From the NCBI RefSeq assembly GCF_055900595.2, contig NZ_CM148325.1: 64,000 bases of DNA; one strand, written 5' to 3'. Below are positions 56,878-64,000 of the stretch, piece after piece; the first letter of the stretch is position 1; each line of letters starts with the position of its first letter. A model generated the notes under the pieces. That model did not search any database and had not been told where the DNA came from. It saw only the letters and a list, made by a program, of their open reading frames with translations. The translations under genes were made by a program, and so were the position numbers.

Positions 56878-57246
56878 ATGGATAAGCAATCACTGCACGA
56901 AACGGCGAAACGCCTGGCCCTTGAGTTACCCTTTGTCGAGCTTTGCTGGCCTTTTGGCCCGGAGTTCGATGTTTTTAAAATTGGCGGCAAGATTTTTATG
57001 CTATCGTCGGAGCTGCGCGGCGTCCCCTTTATCAATTTGAAGTCCGATCCACAAAAATCCCTGTTAAATCAGCAGATATACCCGAGCATTAAGCCAGGAT
57101 ATCACATGAATAAAAAGCACTGGATTTCAGTGTATCCCGGCGAGGAAATCTCCGAAGCGTTACTTAGCGATCTGATCAACGATTCGTGGAATCTGGTGGT
57201 TGATGGCTTATCTAAACGCGATCAAAAAAGAGTGCGCCCAGAGTAA
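56878..57246 (+). CDS. ybdF: Uncharacterised YjbR/MmcQ-family protein YbdF
   Basis: Trimmed to [21 protein letters not shown]... (122 aa), RBS AAAGGA. Confidence 0.85.
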   Translation: MDKQSLHETAKRLALELPFVELCWPFGPEFDVFKIGGKIFMLSSELRGVPFINLKSDPQKSLLNQQIYPSIKPGYHMNKKHWISVYPGEEISEALLSDLINDSWNLVVDGLSKRDQKRVRPE

Positions 57247-57340
57247 AAGCGAAAATCTATAGCGCATTTTTCTCGCTTACCATTTCTCGTTGAACCTTGT
57301 AATCTGCTGGCACGCAAAATTACTTACACATGGAGTCTTT

Positions 57341-57994
57341 ATGGATATCATTTCTGTCGCCTTAAAGCGTCATTCCACTAAGGCATTTGATGCCAGCAAA
57401 AAACTTACCCCGGAACAGGCCGAGCAGATCAAAACGCTGCTGCAGTACAGCCCATCCAGCACCAACTCCCAGCCGTGGCATTTTATTGTTGCCAGCACGG
57501 AAGAAGGCAAAGCGCGTGTTGCCAAATCCGCTGCCGATAATTACGTGTTCAACGAGCGCAAAATGCTTGATGCCTCGCACGTCGTGGTGTTCTGCGCGAA
57601 AACCGCGATGGACGATGCCTGGCTGAAACAGGTTGTTGACCAGGAAGATGCCGATGGCCGCTTTGCCACGCAGGAAGCGAAAGCCGCGAACGATAAAGGT
57701 CGCAAATTCTTCGCCGATATGCACCGTAAAGATCTGCATGATGATGCTGAGTGGATGGCAAAACAGGTTTACCTCAATGTCGGTAACTTCCTGCTGGGCG
57801 TTGCGGCGCTGGGTCTGGACGCGGTGCCAATCGAAGGTTTTGACGCCGCAATCCTCGATGAAGAATTCGGTTTGAAAGAGAAAGGCTACACCAGCCTGGT
57901 GGTTGTTCCGGTAGGTCATCACAGCGTCGAAGATTTCAACGCTACACTGCCGAAATCCCGTCTGCCGCAAAACATCACCATAACTGAAGTGTAA
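57341..57994 (+). CDS. nfsB: Oxygen-insensitive NAD(P)H nitroreductase B
   Basis: Trimmed to [22 protein letters not shown]... (217 aa), FMN nitroreductase family. Confidence 0.95.
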   Translation: MDIISVALKRHSTKAFDASKKLTPEQAEQIKTLLQYSPSSTNSQPWHFIVASTEEGKARVAKSAADNYVFNERKMLDASHVVVFCAKTAMDDAWLKQVVDQEDADGRFATQEAKAANDKGRKFFADMHRKDLHDDAEWMAKQVYLNVGNFLLGVAALGLDAVPIEGFDAAILDEEFGLKEKGYTSLVVVPVGHHSVEDFNATLPKSRLPQNITITEV

Positions 57995-58053
57995 TTCTCC
58001 TTTGCCGGGCATCCGCCCGGCTATTTCCCCTCAGATTATCCTGATTTGCATAA

Positions 58054-59349
<1,296 letters not shown>

Positions 59350-59352
59350 TTA

Positions 59353-59390
59353 AAAAATCCGCTCTCATCGAATGGATGAGAGCGGATTCA
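59353..59390. terminator. Hairpin terminator in the ybdG / pheP convergent spacer
   Basis: aaaaaatccgctctcatcgaatggatgagagcggattc: 13-bp stem; the A-run on plus gives a T-run after the hairpin on the minus (pheP) strand. Confidence 0.65.
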
Positions 59391-59405
59391 GATGGTTGAC
59401 TTCGT

Positions 59406-59487
<82 letters not shown>

Positions 59488-59505
59488 AATCAGCCTCACA
59501 TCAGC

Positions 59506-60888
59506 TTAATTCGCTTTTCTACGCAATGTTTTAAACGCCACAAACAGGAATACAATCCACACCGGCAGCAAAATTGCCGACAAGCGCATATCATCCATCG
59601 TGCACATCAGCAGCAAAATCATGCCGAGGAAGGCAATGCAGAGATAGTTGCCGAATGGATAGAGCAGCGCCTTAAACTGTGTTTCACGCCCCTGACGTCG
59701 CATCGCCGCGCGAAAACGCAGATGCGCCAGACAGATCATAATCCAGTTCAACAGCAACGTTGCCACCACCAGCGCCATCAGCAGACCAAATGCTTTTTGC
59801 GGCAGCAGATAGTTGATCAACACCACCAGCGAAGTGATAGCCCCGGAAAGCATCAGCGAGTTAATCGGCACGCCGCGACGGCTGACGCGAGTCAAAAACT
59901 TCGGTGCATTACCCTGCACAGAAAGACCAAACAGCATCCGGCTGTTGGAGTAAACCCCGCTGTTGTATACCGATAATGATGCTACCAGAATGACGAAGTT
60001 CAGCGCAGAAGCCACCACGTTGCTGTCGAGATTATGGAAAATCATCACAAACGGGCTACTGTTGGATTTCACTTCCACCCACGGATAGAGTGCCAGTAAA
60101 ACCACCAGTGAACCGATATAAAACAGCAGGATGCGATAAACCACCTGATTTACCGCTTTTGGAATACTTTTTTCCGGATCGCGCGCTTCAGCGGCAGTAA
60201 TCCCAATCAGCTCCAGCCCGCCGAAGGAGAACATAATCACCGCCAGGGACAAAATCAGCCCATTCCAGCCCGTGGCAAAGAAACCACCGTAGCGCCAGAG
60301 GTTGTCGATACTGGCTTTCTCACCGCCGTGACCAGAAAACAGCAGCCACAGGCCAAAGCCGATCATACCGATGATCGCCAGCACTTTAATCAGCGCAAAC
60401 CAGAACTCAGTTTCGCCATATAAGCGCACATTCACCAGGTTAACAGCATTGATGATAATAAAGAAGGCGGCAGCCCAGATCCAGGTGGGAACATCCGGGA
60501 ACCAGTACTGCATATAGATGCCCGCAGCGGTGAGTTCAGCCATCCCTACCAGTACGAACATCACCCAGTAGTTCCAGCCTGAGAGGAAGCCCGCAAACGG
60601 TCCCCAGTATTTATAGGCAAAGTGGGCAAACGAACCGGATACCGGCTCCTCAACCACCATCTCGCCAAGCTGGCGCATAATCAGGAAAGCAATGATCCCG
60701 GCGACGCCGTAGCCCAACAATACAGCCGGACCTGCCATCTGAATCGCCGGGCCAATGCCAAGAAACAGACCAGTACCAATAGCGCCACCCAGCGCAATCA
60801 GTTGAATATGACGGTTATGTAATCCGCGATGAAGCGTCGGCTCTTTATTCGACGCAGTATCTTCCGATACGGTTGACGCGTTTTTCAC
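59506..60888 (-). CDS. pheP: Phenylalanine-specific permease (APC family)
   Basis: ORF matches PheP; start taken at GTG 60886-60888 (VKNASTVSEDT...) preceded by GGGGAAAGG; the ORF would allow 12 more codons upstream. Confidence 0.88.
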   Translation of the reverse strand: MKNASTVSEDTASNKEPTLHRGLHNRHIQLIALGGAIGTGLFLGIGPAIQMAGPAVLLGYGVAGIIAFLIMRQLGEMVVEEPVSGSFAHFAYKYWGPFAGFLSGWNYWVMFVLVGMAELTAAGIYMQYWFPDVPTWIWAAAFFIIINAVNLVNVRLYGETEFWFALIKVLAIIGMIGFGLWLLFSGHGGEKASIDNLWRYGGFFATGWNGLILSLAVIMFSFGGLELIGITAAEARDPEKSIPKAVNQVVYRILLFYIGSLVVLLALYPWVEVKSNSSPFVMIFHNLDSNVVASALNFVILVASLSVYNSGVYSNSRMLFGLSVQGNAPKFLTRVSRRGVPINSLMLSGAITSLVVLINYLLPQKAFGLLMALVVATLLLNWIMICLAHLRFRAAMRRQGRETQFKALLYPFGNYLCIAFLGMILLLMCTMDDMRLSAILLPVWIVFLFVAFKTLRRKAN

Positions 60889-60989
60889 GCCTTTCCCCTG
60901 TGTGTCTTTTTTGTTGAGGGGCACCTTTTAACATTTAGTGCCCATCGTCGCAAGACACAATCCACACGGTTAAACCGGGTATCTTGCTT

Positions 60990-63900
60990 TTATTTCCGTA
61001 CCCGGTGTCGGTGCAGCCACATCAGCTTATACGCCGCCGGAATAATAAACAGCGACAGCAAAGGTGCGGTAATCATGCCGCCAATCATCGGCGCGGCAAT
61101 CCGGCTCATCACCTCTGAACCTGCCCCCGTTCCCCACAAAATCGGCAGCAGACCCGCGATAATCACCGCCACCGTCATCGCTTTCGGGCGCACGCGCAGT
61201 ACCGCGCCGTGATATAACGCTTCATCCAGCTTCTGCTCGCTGAATGTTTGCGGATTATCCAGGGATGGATCTGCCTCTATGGCGTGACGTAAATACATCA
61301 ACATCACCACGCCAAATTCGGCGGCGACCCCGGCGAGGGCGATAAAGCCAGTGCCCGTCGCCACGGAAAGATGAAAGCCCATCCACCACAGCAACCAGAT
61401 GCCGCCCACCAGCGCAAACGGTACGCTGCTGATAATCAGCAACGCTTCGCCCACGCGACGGAACGCCAGATACAACAGCACGAAGATGATCATCAACGTC
61501 ATCGGCACCATGAGTTTCAGCTTATGGTTGGCGCGCTCCAGTAGCTCGAACTGCCCGGAGAATGCCACGCTGGTGCCCGGTTTTAACTGCACTTTCTCGG
61601 CAATCGCTTTTTGCAAATCGTGAACCACCGACACCATGTCACGATCGCGGGCATCGATATAAATCCAGCTTGTCGGGCGCGCATTCTCGGTTTTCAGCAT
61701 CGACGGTCCGGTAGAGACTTTAACGTCGGCCACATCCGCCAGGGTGATTTGCTGCTTCATCGGCGTCAGGATCGGTAGCTGGCGCAGCGCCTGTGGGCTA
61801 TCGCGCCAGCTTTGCGGATAACGCAGATTAATTGGATAACGGGCAATCCCTTCCACCGTTTCACCAACCATCGCACCGCCCACCGCAGAAGTCACAAACA
61901 ACTGCACATCCGCCACCGTCATACCGTAACGCGCGGCTTTTTCACGGTTGATCTCAACGTTGATATAGCGCCCACCTTCCAGACGCTCGGCAAGGGCAGA
62001 AGCCACGCCTGGCACCGTTCGCGCCACTTCTTCAATTAGCTCCGCCATCGCGTCGATATCCGCCAGCACAGTGCCGGAAACTTTAATGCCGATGGGGCTT
62101 TTAATGCCAGTCGAGAGCATATCGATACGGTTACGGATTGGCGGCACCCACAGATTCGCCAGCCCCGGCAGACGCACGGTGTTGTCCAGTTCCTCAATGA
62201 TTTTGTCCATCGTCATGCCTGGCCGCCACTGATCCTGTGGCTTAAGCTGGATGGTCGTTTCTACCATCTCCAGCGGTGCGGAGTCGGTGGCGGTTTCCGC
62301 TTTCCCGGTTTTGCCAAACACCCGCGCCACTTCAGCTACGCTCATAATCAGCTTGTCGGTTTTTTGCAGCATACTCGCCGCCTCCGCTGCGGAAATCCCC
62401 GGCAGTGTCGATGGCATATACAACAAGTCGCCTTCATTGATCTGCGGTAAAAATTCTCCGCCAACTTTATTGAGCGGCCAGAGAACCGTCAGCACCGAAA
62501 GCGCCGCCACCAACAGCGTGGTTTTAGGCCAGTGCAGTACTTTCAGCAACAGCGGATGATAAACACGAATCAAAAAGCGATTGAGCGGATTACTGCTTTC
62601 TGGTGGAATTTTGCCACGGATCCAGTAGCCCATCAGGATCGGGATCACTACGATCGCCAGCAGCGCCGCGCCCGCCATCGCATACGTTTTGGTGAACGCC
62701 AGCGGGCCAAACAGACGCCCTTCCTGCCCTTCCAGGGTGAAGATCGGGATAAACGACAGCGTGATAATCAGTAGACTGATAAACAGCGCTGGCCCCACTT
62801 CAACAGATGCATCGGTGATCACCTGCCAGCGCGTTTTATTATCCAGCGTGGCGTCAGGATGCTGGTGCTGCCACTCTTCCAGCCGTTTATGCGCATTCTC
62901 GATCATGACGATAGCGGCATCGACCATCGCCCCGACGGCAATCGCAATACCGCCCAGCGACATAATATTGGCATTCAGCCCCTGGAAGTGCATGATAATA
63001 AAAGCAATACACAACCCCAGCGGCAACGAAATAATCGCCACCAGCGCCGAGCGCACATGCCAGAGAAACAGCGCGCAGACTACCGCCACCACAATAAACT
63101 CTTCCAGCAGCTTGCCGCTGAGGTTGTCGATGGCGCGGTCAATAAGCTGGCTGCGATCGTATGTTGTAACTATCTCCACGCCTTCCGGCAGACTGCTTTT
63201 CAGCGTTTCCAGTTTGTCCTTCACGGCGGCGATCACTTCACGGGCGTTTTTGCCGGAACGCAGGATCACCACCCCACCTGCCACTTCGCCTTCGCCGTTC
63301 AGTTCGGCAATACCCCGGCGCATTTCCGGGCCAACCTGGACCTTCGCAACATCACGCAGATAGACGGGCACGCCATTTTCACTGGCTTTTAAAACGATGT
63401 GATTAAAGTCGTCGAGCGTTTGCAGATAGCCGCTGGCGCGCACCATATATTCCGCTTCCGCCAGTTCGATCGACGAACCGCCCGCTTCCTGGTTTGAAGC
63501 ATCCAGCGCGCTTTTTACTTCGGCGAGACTGATGCCATATTGCGCCAGGCGCTGTGGATCGATAACCACCTGATACTCTTTCACCACACCGCCCACCGAC
63601 GCCACTTCCGCAACGTCAGGGATGGTTTTTAGCTCATATTTGAGAAACCAGTCCTGCAATGAGCGTAAATCGGCCAGATCGTGCTTACCGCTGCGATCCA
63701 CCAGTGCATATTCATAGATCCAGCCAACACCCGTGGCATCTGGCCCCAACTCGGCGCTGACTCCCGCAGGCAGTTTACCCTGTACCTGGTTGAGGTACTC
63801 CAGTACCCGCGAGCGCGCCCAGTACGGATCGGTGCCATCTTCGAAAATGACATACACATAAGAGTCGCCAAACTGCGAGAAACCGCGCACAGTCTTCGCG

Positions 63901-64000
63901 CCAGGTACTGACAACATGGTGGTGGTTAGCGGATAAGTCACCTGATTTTCAACGATTTGCGGTGCCTGACCGGGATAGCTGGTTTTAATAATCACCTGCA
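60990..64000 (-). CDS. cusA: Copper/silver efflux RND transporter CusA (partial; N-terminal ~45 codons lie beyond the window end)
   Basis: ORF to the window edge matches CusA from ...[18 protein letters not shown] through the C-terminus ...HRHRVRK; true start is off-window. Confidence 0.93.
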   Translation of the reverse strand, partial: QVIIKTSYPGQAPQIVENQVTYPLTTTMLSVPGAKTVRGFSQFGDSYVYVIFEDGTDPYWARSRVLEYLNQVQGKLPAGVSAELGPDATGVGWIYEYALVDRSGKHDLADLRSLQDWFLKYELKTIPDVAEVASVGGVVKEYQVVIDPQRLAQYGISLAEVKSALDASNQEAGGSSIELAEAEYMVRASGYLQTLDDFNHIVLKASENGVPVYLRDVAKVQVGPEMRRGIAELNGEGEVAGGVVILRSGKNAREVIAAVKDKLETLKSSLPEGVEIVTTYDRSQLIDRAIDNLSGKLLEEFIVVAVVCALFLWHVRSALVAIISLPLGLCIAFIIMHFQGLNANIMSLGGIAIAVGAMVDAAIVMIENAHKRLEEWQHQHPDATLDNKTRWQVITDASVEVGPALFISLLIITLSFIPIFTLEGQEGRLFGPLAFTKTYAMAGAALLAIVVIPILMGYWIRGKIPPESSNPLNRFLIRVYHPLLLKVLHWPKTTLLVAALSVLTVLWPLNKVGGEFLPQINEGDLLYMPSTLPGISAAEAASMLQKTDKLIMSVAEVARVFGKTGKAETATDSAPLEMVETTIQLKPQDQWRPGMTMDKIIEELDNTVRLPGLANLWVPPIRNRIDMLSTGIKSPIGIKVSGTVLADIDAMAELIEEVARTVPGVASALAERLEGGRYINVEINREKAARYGMTVADVQLFVTSAVGGAMVGETVEGIARYPINLRYPQSWRDSPQALRQLPILTPMKQQITLADVADVKVSTGPSMLKTENARPTSWIYIDARDRDMVSVVHDLQKAIAEKVQLKPGTSVAFSGQFELLERANHKLKLMVPMTLMIIFVLLYLAFRRVGEALLIISSVPFALVGGIWLLWWMGFHLSVATGTGFIALAGVAAEFGVVMLMYLRHAIEADPSLDNPQTFSEQKLDEALYHGAVLRVRPKAMTVAVIIAGLLPILWGTGAGSEVMSRIAAPMIGGMITAPLLSLFIIPAAYKLMWLHRHRVRK

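Overview
This 64-kb window reads as an Escherichia coli-type chromosomal segment, in the opposite orientation to K-12 numbering. No tools were run: gene calls come from reading the supplied six-frame ORFs against recalled E. coli protein sequences, with starts re-picked by eye; GC values and K-12 comparisons are estimates or recollection, not computed. Gene order is mrdB(3' end)-rlpA-dacA-ybeD-lipB-ybeF-lipA / tatE-ybeM / crcB / cspE-pagP / dcuC / dpiAB / citCDEFXG-citT / rna-rnk-uspG / ahpCF / dsbG-ybdO-ybdNM / ybdL-ybdH / cstA-ybdD / the enterobactin ent-fep-fes cluster / entD / two tandem hok toxin loci / ybdK-ybdJ-ybdF-nfsB-ybdG / pheP / cusA (5' end off-window). Most of this is well-characterised core genome. 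No rRNA, tRNA, CRISPR array, IS element or prophage is visible. The parts worth a second look are: (1) the translationally coupled ybdN-ybdM pair (PP-loop ATP-pyrophosphatase-like plus ParB/Srx-like protein) beside the AT-rich LysR regulator ybdO, a functionally uncharacterised, DndC/DndB-like or IbrA/IbrB-like module and the best candidate for an undescribed system; (2) a ~500-bp tandem direct duplication giving two intact hok type I toxin loci; (3) apparent differences from K-12 MG1655 as I recall it: no ybdR between rnk and uspG, no IS186 beside hok, and an intact ybeM; (4) several unexplained intergenic structures.
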